IMG/VR virus record: IMGVR_UViG_3300029812_000129
Location: 5,332-69,331 of that record
DNA: 64,000 bases
Reading direction: 5' to 3' (one strand)
From: a virus
Both the position numbers and the translations under genes were made by a program. The notes under the pieces are model-generated. The model was not told the DNA's origin. It searched no databases and worked only from the letters and a program-made list of their open reading frames with translations. Below, piece after piece: positions 1 to 10,439 of the stretch (its first letter is position 1; each line of letters begins with the position of its first letter).

Positions 1-1
1 C

Positions 2-541
2 ATAACCTTTTAATTTATCTTCCTTGATAGAAATAACACTTTTTGCCAAATACTCTAAACGTTTAGCCATTATTCCTACATCGTATGCATTTAGCCCGCC
101 CATCTCATCTCTGTCAACTTTTTCTCCACCATGCAAATCACTTAAAAGTAAATTGGCTATCTCTTTAGTAACTTTATTCTTTGGTATATGCTGTTTAGGC
201 ATGTCAACCATTGGTAAAGCTTCTATTTGTTCTTTTGCTATAAGTAATAATTCTTCTTGTAAATTTGCTTGCTTCATTAATGTTTTATTCTTTTTGGTTA
301 ATATGGAGATCTGTTGTCTATAGTGTAAATCTTTTCTATCTTCTATTATTTGTTCACTAACACTTTCTCTTGGAAGAGCTTGTTTATTCATCTTTTTATG
401 AGGTAAAGATAGCTTTCTGCCAAGCTTCCTAATATGTTCTGCCGAATACCCTGTTTCTTCACTTAATTCTTTATAGCTTTTTGTTTCCCAATTATCTCTA
501 ATAAATTGGTATTTTTGTTCTCTTCCAGCTCCCTCAATCAT
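2..541 (-). CDS. Calcineurin-like metallophosphoesterase with N-terminal HTH/coiled coil (partial, runs off left edge; not in ORF track)
   Basis: ATG at 541 after GGAGG; my translation MIEGAGREQKYQFIRDNW...ANLLLSDLHGGE has the first DxH metallophosphoesterase motif. Confidence 0.7.
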   Translation of the reverse strand, partial: MIEGAGREQKYQFIRDNWETKSYKELSEETGYSAEHIRKLGRKLSLPHKKMNKQALPRESVSEQIIEDRKDLHYRQQISILTKKNKTLMKQANLQEELLLIAKEQIEALPMVDMPKQHIPKNKVTKEIANLLLSDLHGGEKVDRDEMGGLNAYDVGIMAKRLEYLAKSVISIKEDKLKGY

Positions 542-552
542 AGAACCTCCCT

Positions 553-1254
553 TTACATTCTATGTTCTATTAACTTGCCTGTACAATATACTTTGAATCC
601 TTCTTCGTGGGCTATGTTGTAGAACCCACAATCCTCACCTTGAGTATGATATACATACCTAACTCCATAATCATATACTTTTTTAGATAATAAATAAACA
701 CCACCTACTAAATCTGTTTCAAACAATTCATTTAATGGTGGGCAATTGTAATGCCTGTATCTTTTATTGCTTTCTCTCTTCATTACATTGTAATATCTTT
801 GAGGATGAGATTTATTGTGGTTCCAGTGTTCATCTACGTATGCTAACCCACCAATAATATCTTTCTTATAAGATAATAAATCTTTTAAGATGGTGGGATC
901 AGGGAACATATCACTATCAATTGATAACAAATATTTAGCTTTTACTTTACTAAAAGCAGTATCTAACAATACATTTCTAAAATGAACAAGTGATTTGTAT
1001 CTTGCTGAGTTTCTTTCCGAATAAGATGTTTTATTATTATCTATAATAGCAGTTGTATTTTTAGGATTTCTAATTAAAAAATCTCCTAATAAATTTATAA
1101 GTTTTCTGGAAGGGTTATTAACTATAAAAACATAATGTTTATCGGAATAATCAATAGCTTCCAAACATTTAAAATATGTTTTCAATAAATCTTCTTTGCC
1201 ATGCATGGGACAACCAATTGCTATTTTCACAGACATATTATCACCTAATCTCAT
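553..1254 (-). CDS. GT-A fold (GT2-like) glycosyltransferase
   Basis: IAIGCP start, RN motif, LSIDSD (DxD), GG..L and GEDxGF motifs. Confidence 0.8.
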   Translation of the reverse strand: MRLGDNMSVKIAIGCPMHGKEDLLKTYFKCLEAIDYSDKHYVFIVNNPSRKLINLLGDFLIRNPKNTTAIIDNNKTSYSERNSARYKSLVHFRNVLLDTAFSKVKAKYLLSIDSDMFPDPTILKDLLSYKKDIIGGLAYVDEHWNHNKSHPQRYYNVMKRESNKRYRHYNCPPLNELFETDLVGGVYLLSKKVYDYGVRYVYHTQGEDCGFYNIAHEEGFKVYCTGKLIEHRM

Positions 1255-2270
1255 TATACCACAAAACTTTTTAAAAGATTATCTTTTTGTGATTCCCAGC
1301 TATAATATTTTTCTATATGCTTTCTCGCTTTTAAGGAAAACTTAGACGTATCGTTTTTTACACACCAATCTATTTTATTAGTTAAATCTGCTATATTAAA
1401 ACCATTTTTCTCTATCCTGAAATGACCACAACGTACTAGCTCAACTCTTACTACGGGAACAAGTAATTTCTTCTCATTAAAATAAGTATTCATAGGGTCA
1501 GCATCTAAAGTAATTACAGGGATTCCGCAAGCCATTGGTTCCACAATTGTTCTACCATAGCCTTCAAACTTGCTGGGTTGAATAGCAATATCGCCTTCTT
1601 CGTATAATTCGTATGGATTCTTGCATTCGTATCTAACTTCTATTCTATTATCTATATGTATAATGTTTTGTATATCCAAAGGTAATTTACTAATTGGCTT
1701 TTGTGCATAAATAATAAGCTTTTCAGCCATAGATTTGTTAAAAGCTCGTACAGTTTCCTCAACAGATTTTCTACCCATAAACCCAAAATAACCTGCTACG
1801 TGAACAAAAGTTTTCCCTGTTCGCTTACGATAAGGAAACTTATTTATATCTATTGGTAATTTACAAAGAACTCTTCTGTCCCCAAATCTTGCCGCTTTGT
1901 TATATGCTGATATATTTGGACATAAAAACTTATCACAGTATTCCCACATAGGATCATTTGGATAAAATAATTCTTGATGTATTTGTACAACAGATTTTAT
2001 GCCTAATATATTTGTCATCTTATACAACATCTTATTAAATGGAGTTTCAATAGTTAATAGCGTATCTATGTCAATATTCTTTAGCCAATTATATATTGTT
2101 TCTTCGCTTGGCAAATATGCCACATTTTTCTGTTTATCAGACCATATTTCTCTCCCTTTAACAGAATCAACCGAAAGAATATTTTCAATACCCAAATTAT
2201 CTACGTATTCTTTTGTGAACATACCTATTCCAGAGGTTTCATTTGTATATCCGACTATTCCTATTTTCAT
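1254..2270 (-). CDS. GT-B fold (GT4-like) glycosyltransferase
   Basis: RK motif and PSKFEGYGRTIVEPMACGIPVI signature. Confidence 0.9.
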   Translation of the reverse strand: MKIGIVGYTNETSGIGMFTKEYVDNLGIENILSVDSVKGREIWSDKQKNVAYLPSEETIYNWLKNIDIDTLLTIETPFNKMLYKMTNILGIKSVVQIHQELFYPNDPMWEYCDKFLCPNISAYNKAARFGDRRVLCKLPIDINKFPYRKRTGKTFVHVAGYFGFMGRKSVEETVRAFNKSMAEKLIIYAQKPISKLPLDIQNIIHIDNRIEVRYECKNPYELYEEGDIAIQPSKFEGYGRTIVEPMACGIPVITLDADPMNTYFNEKKLLVPVVRVELVRCGHFRIEKNGFNIADLTNKIDWCVKNDTSKFSLKARKHIEKYYSWESQKDNLLKSFVV

Positions 2271-2719
2271 TTTCCTACTCCAAAAATATAGGCTTTTAAT
2301 GTTTGCACTCTATGATAACATGCACAAATAGTTCTTTGAGTACCATCCGTAACAACTATATTCCCACTTCTATATATTAATATTATTTGAGGAAAATCTT
2401 TTATCTTATTTTTACCAGCCTTAATCTCTTTAGCAAAAGGGAAGCCTTCCTCATCATCTATTTTATTTCTTATGCTTTCAACAAAATCAATATAAGGTGT
2501 CCCGACAGGAGTAGGATTGCCCCTAAAATCACTGTGTAAAATATGTAAATCGCAAACCCTTGGTTCTATTTCTATCCAGTCATCAACTCTCCAAAAATAA
2601 TCCTTTAAATCAGAGTATGGGCTTGTCACCAACATATGCTTTTGTAAATCAGATAAAGAAATCTTTTTAGTGTTTCGCAAAGAACAAAAGTCGTTTGCCA
2701 TCTTTTGTTTCTGGTGCAT
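2267..2719 (-). CDS. ParB/Sulfiredoxin-like protein
   Basis: PQIILI...VVTDGTQR resembles the ParB/Srx DGxxR motif. Confidence 0.45.
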   Translation of the reverse strand: MHQKQKMANDFCSLRNTKKISLSDLQKHMLVTSPYSDLKDYFWRVDDWIEIEPRVCDLHILHSDFRGNPTPVGTPYIDFVESIRNKIDDEEGFPFAKEIKAGKNKIKDFPQIILIYRSGNIVVTDGTQRTICACYHRVQTLKAYIFGVGK

Positions 2720-3290
2720 TTACCTCTCCAATCTTTTTAACACTTTTAAAATACTTTTTAAGATATTTATCTAATGGACTAAGCTCTTCTACCACATTAT
2801 AATATTTTGTCATTACATCGTTTAAATCTGGAAATTCAATAATTGCACCTCTCTTAACGCTTTTGGCAAGTAATTCAAAGAACCTTGGTATATCATTGAA
2901 GTAATGTAATACGTTTAAAACAAATGCAATATCAAAACGATCATCAAAAGTTTCTAAATCTTCTAATAATAAATTCTCTTTTACCAACATTATTTGTTCT
3001 GCATCAATATGATTTGCTCTTAAAATCATTTCTTGAGCATCTGCTATTTTCTTATCACCTTCAAAAGATAGAACAGAAACGTCTTCAGTCTTACAAACTG
3101 CTCGTATAGAAAAATATCCATGATATGAACCTATATCTAATATTCTGTCGCCACTCTTAATAAATGGTTTGATAATATTCCATCGTTCTTCACAATTTTT
3201 ACTCCAGCCATTTATAACTTTTTCCCCATTAATAAAAACATCTTGATACGTACCAGACTCTTTTATCATGTCTACCATAACATCATTCAT
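2667..3290 (-). CDS. Class I SAM-dependent methyltransferase
   Basis: ILDIGSYHGYF motif I; FDIAFVLNVLHY. Confidence 0.85.
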   Translation of the reverse strand: MNDVMVDMIKESGTYQDVFINGEKVINGWSKNCEERWNIIKPFIKSGDRILDIGSYHGYFSIRAVCKTEDVSVLSFEGDKKIADAQEMILRANHIDAEQIMLVKENLLLEDLETFDDRFDIAFVLNVLHYFNDIPRFFELLAKSVKRGAIIEFPDLNDVMTKYYNVVEELSPLDKYLKKYFKSVKKIGEVNAPETKDGKRLLFFAKH

Positions 3291-4192
3291 AATTTTCGTA
3301 TCTCCTCCAATAGTTTATCTACTCTATTTTTATATGAATACTTTTTATGTACAAGCTCGTATCCATTTTTAGCTATTTCTTTTCGTTTTGTAGGATGGTA
3401 TAAGTAATAATCTATTAAACCAATTGCTTCATCAATACTTTTAAACCAAACAAGATGTTTTTTATTTTCAAACTCTTTTTCCAAACCTTTTATATATGGA
3501 GTTAAAAAAAATGCTCCACAACCAAGAGCTAAATAAACCCTATTTGACCAATAGCCTTCATTTACACCTGGATATTTATCACCTAAAGCTATTTTGCAGG
3601 ATGAGTAAACTTTACATAGCTTATCATTAAAAGCTGTGCCACCACAAGGGACAAATGGTGCTTTTGTAGTACCATACATTTTTAAATCATAGTATTTGGC
3701 TATTTCACGAAGATATTTTTTTCTTTTATCTGTATATGCGTTACCAACAAATATTACATCATTATAATATTTCTTATCTTTTCGTACTCTTCTATGCAAA
3801 GGTTTGATACAGCCCTGTCTTATGCATGTTTGATTAATCCCATATTTTTCCCAGTTCACAATATTATCAGTTGTAACTAATAAATCCATTTTTTGTGCTT
3901 GGGGAATAAACCATTTATCTCTGTTACCATGGAACATCCAATCAAATGTCCACATTACTTTCTTTGCCTTTAGTCTACTTGTAAGTAGGTTAAAACGATT
4001 AATATCTACTTTACCCATTTGGGGAAACAAAACAATATCTGGATTATCTATTTTCAAAGCATCAAATGCTCTTTCCACAGAAATAGCTATAACTTCATTA
4101 TTTTTTTTAAGTTGATTATAAACCAAAATCTCATCTGGGACTTCCCCTGCGTATGCGGTTCCGTTAAAATATCCTATATGGATAATTTTCAC
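3287..4192 (-). CDS. GT-B glycosyltransferase, CgeB-like
   Basis: DVIFVG, YWSNRVY...GCGAF, IAKNGYELV..KYSYKNR pattern. Confidence 0.8.
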   Translation of the reverse strand: MKIIHIGYFNGTAYAGEVPDEILVYNQLKKNNEVIAISVERAFDALKIDNPDIVLFPQMGKVDINRFNLLTSRLKAKKVMWTFDWMFHGNRDKWFIPQAQKMDLLVTTDNIVNWEKYGINQTCIRQGCIKPLHRRVRKDKKYYNDVIFVGNAYTDKRKKYLREIAKYYDLKMYGTTKAPFVPCGGTAFNDKLCKVYSSCKIALGDKYPGVNEGYWSNRVYLALGCGAFFLTPYIKGLEKEFENKKHLVWFKSIDEAIGLIDYYLYHPTKRKEIAKNGYELVHKKYSYKNRVDKLLEEIRKL

Positions 4193-4762
4193 TTAAACTC
4201 CTAATTTTAGACAAACAATACCTGATACGCTTTTATCTATAATTTGGTTTCTTAAAAATGATTCTTGTGTTGGAAGCCAGCAACTTCCCATCTTAGCGAA
4301 ATAATCTTCTATTTCTATTTTATATCCTTCAGAAAATTTTAATATTCTTTCTCTGTTATATACTCTAAACGGAGAAATAGTTCTTGGTTTGCCATATGGA
4401 GTGGTTATTAAAACCTTCCCCCCTGGTTTTAATAAAGGTTTAATAATTTCTTGCATCATTTTAATATCATTATCTTTACCGCCAATATGTTCTATAACAG
4501 ATATTAAGGTAATTCTATCAAATTTTTGTCTAAAAGTATGGGAAAATATATTTGAACGTTCAAATGAAACATTTGGATGACCAAGGAATGATGGCTCTAA
4601 GTCAACCCCAATTACATTATGTCCTAAGCCTCCCAACATTATAGGAAAGTACGTTTGACAACTGCCTATATCTAAAATGTCCCCATTACATATGTTTAAA
4701 TTAGATAATATCCAACCATATTCGACTATTCTTTCACAATAAGAAATATCTTGTAGAAACAT
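4193..4762 (-). CDS. Class I SAM-dependent methyltransferase
   Basis: ILDIGS, ISVIEHIG, LKPGGKVLITTPYG. Confidence 0.85.
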   Translation of the reverse strand: MFLQDISYCERIVEYGWILSNLNICNGDILDIGSCQTYFPIMLGGLGHNVIGVDLEPSFLGHPNVSFERSNIFSHTFRQKFDRITLISVIEHIGGKDNDIKMMQEIIKPLLKPGGKVLITTPYGKPRTISPFRVYNRERILKFSEGYKIEIEDYFAKMGSCWLPTQESFLRNQIIDKSVSGIVCLKLGV

Positions 4763-4849
4763 TTATTTGCTCCTTGGTTTGTTCATAAAATATTGTGATA
4801 TTAAAAGCATTATTAAAAATATACCCAACATAATAAAACCATTTAACAT
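4763..4849 (-). CDS. 28-aa hydrophobic membrane peptide (not in ORF track)
   Basis: MLNGFIMLGIFLIMLLISQYFMNKPRSK*; GAGGTG RBS; fills the gap exactly and abuts the next ATG. Confidence 0.5.
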   Translation of the reverse strand: MLNGFIMLGIFLIMLLISQYFMNKPRSK

Positions 4850-5346
4850 TTTACACCTCTAATTCTCAGATTACCATTAATATAACTTTTGTCAACTACT
4901 TTTAAATTCAATTCTTCAAAGATAAGTTCAAGAATAGGTAACGTGTATCCCGCCAAATGTGTATTCTCCAAATATTCTTGCCCACCATAAATTCTTCTAA
5001 TCAATTCTCTTGGGTTATTTATAAAAACTTTATATAGCTCTAAAATATCTGGGCATTGAATAAAAATAGAACCGCCTTTTTTAAGTAATGATACCCAATA
5101 GATCAATACCTTAAGCGATTCTTGTTGTGGGAAATGTTCCAATACATCTATTGCCCTTATTTCATCAACCTCATTTTTCCTAAAAGGCAAATTACATAAA
5201 GACAAATCTGCAATTATATCTACTCCGTTTAACGGTCTTACATCAATATTAATATACCCATTTTTTTGAATATCTTTGCCACACCCAACATTCAGCCTAA
5301 TCTCTTCCATACCTTTCCTCTCCAATAGCCCAAAAACATACCTCAC
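4843..5346 (-). CDS. Methyltransferase (Methyltransf_11-like); likely start MEEIR at 5310
   Basis: LNVGCG, DVLEHF, LKKGG...PD. Confidence 0.8.
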   Translation of the reverse strand: MRYVFGLLERKGMEEIRLNVGCGKDIQKNGYINIDVRPLNGVDIIADLSLCNLPFRKNEVDEIRAIDVLEHFPQQESLKVLIYWVSLLKKGGSIFIQCPDILELYKVFINNPRELIRRIYGGQEYLENTHLAGYTLPILELIFEELNLKVVDKSYINGNLRIRGVKC

Positions 5347-5396
5347 GTACCTTTTTTACAGTTTTAAGCGACTTTTAGGCTATTACCCTACTACTA

Positions 5397-6911
5397 CTAT
5401 ACCGAAGCCTGTTTTCTCCTGTAATGTATCGTTATATTAGCGTTTTCACCTTTGCAAGTCATTGTTGGGGTAGCCGCTTCCGTAAATTCAACAGATAATG
5501 TTAAAATCAATGCTGAAGCAAATTCTTGCGTAAAATCTGCTGTGAAAAAATTACCATTTTGCATATCCATAGAAATTTCATTTGGTGTTGCGGCATCATC
5601 TGTTAATTTTATTGTAACATAATTGCTTGCATCTGCACCCGCTATAGCTGTTTTAAAATATATATCTATTTTAGTAACAACAATGTTTTCGGTTAGAGTT
5701 ATTTTATCATAAGTTATTTCTTCTGTCGCCCCGACAATAAAACTATTTTTAAAATTATCTAAAGCACTCTTTTGTAGGTGTATGATTTGGGCTACTGTTA
5801 CCAAACCTTTTTGAGCTTCTGTAGCAGATTGTATATCATCTGTTCCATCTGTATGGTCTACTGCGTGAGCTTGTGCGTGGTGGTCGTCTGTCCCCTGCCC
5901 AGTAGTGTCGCTATGTGCAATTGGTGTTCCTTTGGCATCTGCCCCTGTATGCGTATGACCAGTAGTGTCATCAAAAACAAGTTCTGATTCTGGTATAGGG
6001 TCTAATTCTGTGTAAACATTTACTTTTGGTGGTGTTCCGTGTGTTTGATCAACTTCTTTTGGAATACCATATTCTAATGCTATACCTGTATCTTCAAAAA
6101 CAAGGTTAGGTGTCGCCGCCATTTCTTCATCATGCAATAAAGAATAAGCAGGATAATCTCCGCTTACATATGTTCTATATATTCTATAGCCCACTGCTCC
6201 TGCGGGGAAATCTCCTATAGTAATAGTCATTTTATTTTCTGAATTTGTATTATTAATAGATGGCAATCCTTCTGCTCCAAGAGCATCCGACCCGTCATCT
6301 ATATATGTTGGGTCTGCTACAGCAACCTGTTTTAAGAAATAATAAAGGCTTTCATCTTTACGCCTATATACATTCCAATAGGTAGCTCCAGTAGGAGGAG
6401 AAGGGAAAGTTAATGTAACTGTATTTGTAGATGCAGTAGTAGGAACAACAATAACAGCCAAATCACTTGCAAGTGTTTCTCCGTTTCCTTTAACAGCAGA
6501 AATTACATAATAATATATACCAGGAGTTAATATTCCGCCAGTAGTTAGTGTCGTTAGTTCTGGGGGGGAAGGAGCTGGTAACGAAGCTGGAGTTTCTTCA
6601 TAATATTCTGGTGAAGCCATTGTTTCGCCCGTATTATCATACCAAGATACTCTATAACAAACCACACTATCGGCAGGTAAAGACCCTCCTGTTTCTGCTA
6701 ATGATAATGTAGCCCCAAATTCTGGCGTAGCAGCGTTCATTGGGTTAGTTAATCTTTCTACTCCTGTATGAGTATGATAAAATATTTGATTCAATAATTT
6801 ATCTATTAAAACTCTGTCTGCATCAGTAAAAGAATAATTATCTGTTGAAGCAGGTTGACCTCTTAATATTTGAAAACCAAAATTAACTGTTTTCTCTTCA
6901 AATTCTGGCAA
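5397..6911 (-). CDS. Minor tail/fibre protein with repeated FN3-like modules and a His-rich segment
   Basis: Repeated YxVS..GET.AS / GA..(W/Y).(V/I)YR units; HTH/DHH motifs; downstream of tail-tip genes. Confidence 0.55.
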   Translation of the reverse strand: MPEFEEKTVNFGFQILRGQPASTDNYSFTDADRVLIDKLLNQIFYHTHTGVERLTNPMNAATPEFGATLSLAETGGSLPADSVVCYRVSWYDNTGETMASPEYYEETPASLPAPSPPELTTLTTGGILTPGIYYYVISAVKGNGETLASDLAVIVVPTTASTNTVTLTFPSPPTGATYWNVYRRKDESLYYFLKQVAVADPTYIDDGSDALGAEGLPSINNTNSENKMTITIGDFPAGAVGYRIYRTYVSGDYPAYSLLHDEEMAATPNLVFEDTGIALEYGIPKEVDQTHGTPPKVNVYTELDPIPESELVFDDTTGHTHTGADAKGTPIAHSDTTGQGTDDHHAQAHAVDHTDGTDDIQSATEAQKGLVTVAQIIHLQKSALDNFKNSFIVGATEEITYDKITLTENIVVTKIDIYFKTAIAGADASNYVTIKLTDDAATPNEISMDMQNGNFFTADFTQEFASALILTLSVEFTEAATPTMTCKGENANITIHYRRKQASV

Positions 6912-8252
6912 TTAAATCATCTCTTTTCTTATTTTCCCACCAGGGAAATGTTGTATGTTTTCTACTATTTTAGATGTAAAACCTTTAAAATATAATTCTC
7001 CCCCATAAGGATAAGAAAAAAAATTATATTTAAACGACCAACCATAATCATATAAATGACACGATCCAAAAGCCCCTTGGATAATTTTATCGGGAATATT
7101 TGTGTGCTTCCCATTAATAACAGGGTATGTGGCAAACAACAAAGAAGTAGAGGTATCCCCTCCCCGGGAACTTACCTCTATAAAATCTACCCACTTATTA
7201 TTTTTTTTATATGTAAGCCAAACATGCCCTATTCTGTCTATTCTGTGCCATTGCCAAAATAAAACAAAAGGAATTTTTTTATTCCAATCTATGGTAATAT
7301 CAGAAAAATGTGCTTCGTCATAAATGTCTAAACTAACCCAAATGTCTTCATAAACATTCCAATCAGAACTATCTCTATATCTAAGACAATATACCCCCGT
7401 ATGATGAGTTGCAGGGTAAACAATGCAAATTTTATTATCTTTATCAACAGCTATTGATATTACGTCATCAGCCCATGAAGAATTAGTACATAAATCGTAA
7501 GATACTTCATCTTTTATGGAATCCGCCATAATTTTATTTGTTGCAGACCAAGAGAATCCAGTTTTTTTACGATACCCTACCACCCCATTTAGATAATATT
7601 CCGTATTATAACCAACAAAAAAAACATAAATATCGTTATTCAAATCAATGGCAATACTTGGGTTCCATTGTCTTCCGACGGAACCCTCTTCTGTTTGTAA
7701 ATTTTCAATATCCGACCAGGCCCCTGCAATTTTTGCTCTATAACAAACAACAGTATAAGGACTATCTTGCCAAGCCGTAAAAACAACATGAATATTATCA
7801 TCCCTGTCAACAGCTATTGATGGGCTATAATTATCATATGTAGTAGAAGTAGATTTGTACGCTATAAGCTCAATAGCTTCCCATGAAACTGGTGTTCTTT
7901 TTCTATAAAAAATTGCATTATATGGCAAATTCCATAAAGGATCAAAAGAGTAATCATATCCTGTCCATACAATATGTAAATTATCGTTTGAATCAATAGC
8001 AATGCCTACTTGTGGCTCTTCAGTCCATGCACAAGGTTCTTCTATATGGGATACCCATTCACATACCCATGTTTCTCCATTATCAGATGAAATCGCTAAA
8101 CGTACGTGCGGGATAAGCTCATCCTCTATCTCAAGATAATAATCATCTATAAAAACATAATACAACACCCCGTTTTTATCTTTCGCCATCCTTCTTGACC
8201 CAATACTCGCAACACCGACATATTTCGTAGTAACAATTTCAGAAATATCCAT
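6912..8252 (-). CDS. Beta-propeller (BNR/Asp-box) tail-associated protein
   Basis: SSDNGETW Asp-box; repeated SIAVDxxDNIHVV blades. Confidence 0.6.
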   Translation of the reverse strand: MDISEIVTTKYVGVASIGSRRMAKDKNGVLYYVFIDDYYLEIEDELIPHVRLAISSDNGETWVCEWVSHIEEPCAWTEEPQVGIAIDSNDNLHIVWTGYDYSFDPLWNLPYNAIFYRKRTPVSWEAIELIAYKSTSTTYDNYSPSIAVDRDDNIHVVFTAWQDSPYTVVCYRAKIAGAWSDIENLQTEEGSVGRQWNPSIAIDLNNDIYVFFVGYNTEYYLNGVVGYRKKTGFSWSATNKIMADSIKDEVSYDLCTNSSWADDVISIAVDKDNKICIVYPATHHTGVYCLRYRDSSDWNVYEDIWVSLDIYDEAHFSDITIDWNKKIPFVLFWQWHRIDRIGHVWLTYKKNNKWVDFIEVSSRGGDTSTSLLFATYPVINGKHTNIPDKIIQGAFGSCHLYDYGWSFKYNFFSYPYGGELYFKGFTSKIVENIQHFPGGKIRKEMI

Positions 8253-8647
8253 TAAAAAGTCTCCCCACCTGTTTTATAATCAATATAACTTCTACCAGTT
8301 AAAGTATAATAAACTTCTACTGAATAATATGTTTTGCCTGTAGCTGGTTCACCATTTATTGTAACGCTAAATTTACAACTTTTATACATTGACTTAGCAT
8401 CTATTTCAAAATCTCTTACCAATGCAGTAGCTTGAGTAATATCACCAGATATTATTTTATACCCGAATGTAACTGTTGGTTCTTCTAAAAATCTTATACA
8501 ACCAAAAGGAATATAATTAGTTTCTACAGCAGCTTCACCCGTACCCTCAAAAGTAAGTTTGCCACTAACAGCTCGTATATTCTCGGTGCTTTTTTCAGTA
8601 TTAGCTAATTCACGCCTTCTGTTTTCTACAATTTCGTATAGTTTCAT
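8252..8647 (-). CDS. Tail-tip structural protein
   Basis: Position in tail-tip block; beta-rich; translationally coupled. Confidence 0.4.
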   Translation of the reverse strand: MKLYEIVENRRRELANTEKSTENIRAVSGKLTFEGTGEAAVETNYIPFGCIRFLEEPTVTFGYKIISGDITQATALVRDFEIDAKSMYKSCKFSVTINGEPATGKTYYSVEVYYTLTGRSYIDYKTGGETF

Positions 8648-8648
8648 T

Positions 8649-10436
8649 TTATCCTCCTGTTGGAGTTAAATCGAAAGCTTCTAATGTTGCTTCCCATGCT
8701 CCAGACCCTAAATTCATTGTACTGTTTATTCCTGTAACTAATATTTTTGTTGAAGTATGCGTATTCGCTTCTATCAATTCAACCACATCTCCTACCTGAT
8801 ATTTATAGTTTCCAACAACTTTTACTGACATAACATTGTTTTTAACATTACACCAAAAATCTATTAACTTAGCCATCTTTTCACAATCAGCTACAGATTT
8901 TAAAGCAGGTTCTCCATGAATTGCTTGTCTATGCTGGAATCTTAGAGGCACTAAATAATGCCCTGGCCATCCACTATTGTATGTTGGAGCATGTTCTCCT
9001 ACCATTATTTCTGGTTCATCAAATTCTATTTCGGTAACTCCTGGTTGAGTAACAGTTGTAGTAGCGGGAACTCTCTGTTGCCTTTTATTCCATGCTTTTC
9101 TGGTAGCGGTATTAAATACTCCACAAATAGTATCAGGCATATATTCATTGACCAACCAAGCATAAGGTCTACCATTTCTATATATAGCTCCTTTAGGCTC
9201 GCACCAACCCAATGAAGCCGTCCGCATATAAGTATCATATGATTGGATAACACGTAAGGTAGGTTTTATAATACCAACCTTTTTCTGAAATTCCATTACA
9301 GCTCTATAGCATTTTATACCATAATAATTTATTCCGCTTCCATGTTTAGATGATGGAACCCATATTTGTACAGCAGCATCAGTTGTTCCAGAAGAAAGAT
9401 TGGCTACCCAGCTTTTAAAATTAGTCCAATCAGCACTTGGTGTTTGATAGCCAAAACCCCTACTTGCGAATAATTGTCTTGATGTATAGGTAACATTTTT
9501 TATTGTTTTTTCAGGAGTAGTAGTAACTTTTCCTATTGCACCAACAGTAGCACCCTTTATTATTATAGATGACTTAGCATATGTATCAGATATTCTACGA
9601 GAGATACTGCTTAAATCGACTTTAGAAGTAACAGTATATTCTGATCTTGGAATAGATCCTTCTTCTGCCCCGCAAGATTCAAAATGAGGAATACCAAATC
9701 TATCTATATAAAATTGATAACCAACTATTTCCTTTATTCTATTTATGCCATCTATAAGCATTAGTTCACTCATCTCTTCTATTGGAATCATAACGCCTGT
9801 ACTCTCTACATTCCAAGAAGTGAACCCCGCTATACGAAGCAATAGTTTAACTACTTCTGATAAATCCGAATATACTATCCATCTTTTTGCAGTTCTTTTG
9901 CTTGCATCCGATTCTTTATCATTTTTTGTACAAAAACCACATGGATAATATTCGTCTGGAATAATAGGAGGATATAGTGTTTGAACCAAAAGTAATTTTG
10001 CTAAATCTTTACATCTAATAGTCAACATCCCTGGAGGATTATTCATTATGACTTCATCTATTAACCAAAAACCTGTTTGGCTAATATCTCCTCCATATCC
10101 CTGCCATGTTTTGATAACAGTATTAGGTAAAAGTATCCTATTCCATCCACCAGCATCATATCCTGTTGGATTAGTGGGAGATAGCCATCCTGTTGGATTA
10201 AATATGCTTATTTCGCATGTAGCACTATCAGCTTCAAAAGACCTATTAATAGTAATATTAGCTACGTTAGGTACAATAACTTCTCTTGCCCCGACCCATG
10301 GCTGTAAATCTAAGTATCTATATGCATGTGCATTATCAGGAGTAAAAACATTTGTTCCTGTAGCAATTTTATTATCTGGATATGCTTTTACTGTTAAAAC
10401 AGGTTTATTGGTACCTACATAATTAGGATATGTCAT
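8649..10436 (-). CDS. Baseplate hub (Tal-like) protein with a peptidoglycan-binding-like insert
   Basis: Follows Dit; FYIDRFG and GN...QVGDVV...I..I...M hub patterns; YG...AVMEFQKKVG...G.F...T. Confidence 0.6.
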   Translation of the reverse strand: MTYPNYVGTNKPVLTVKAYPDNKIATGTNVFTPDNAHAYRYLDLQPWVGAREVIVPNVANITINRSFEADSATCEISIFNPTGWLSPTNPTGYDAGGWNRILLPNTVIKTWQGYGGDISQTGFWLIDEVIMNNPPGMLTIRCKDLAKLLLVQTLYPPIIPDEYYPCGFCTKNDKESDASKRTAKRWIVYSDLSEVVKLLLRIAGFTSWNVESTGVMIPIEEMSELMLIDGINRIKEIVGYQFYIDRFGIPHFESCGAEEGSIPRSEYTVTSKVDLSSISRRISDTYAKSSIIIKGATVGAIGKVTTTPEKTIKNVTYTSRQLFASRGFGYQTPSADWTNFKSWVANLSSGTTDAAVQIWVPSSKHGSGINYYGIKCYRAVMEFQKKVGIIKPTLRVIQSYDTYMRTASLGWCEPKGAIYRNGRPYAWLVNEYMPDTICGVFNTATRKAWNKRQQRVPATTTVTQPGVTEIEFDEPEIMVGEHAPTYNSGWPGHYLVPLRFQHRQAIHGEPALKSVADCEKMAKLIDFWCNVKNNVMSVKVVGNYKYQVGDVVELIEANTHTSTKILVTGINSTMNLGSGAWEATLEAFDLTPTGG

Positions 10437-10439
10437 TTA

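Noticed and set aside
24-323. Plus-strand 99-aa ORF
   Set aside because: Shadow of the minus-strand metallophosphoesterase starting at 541
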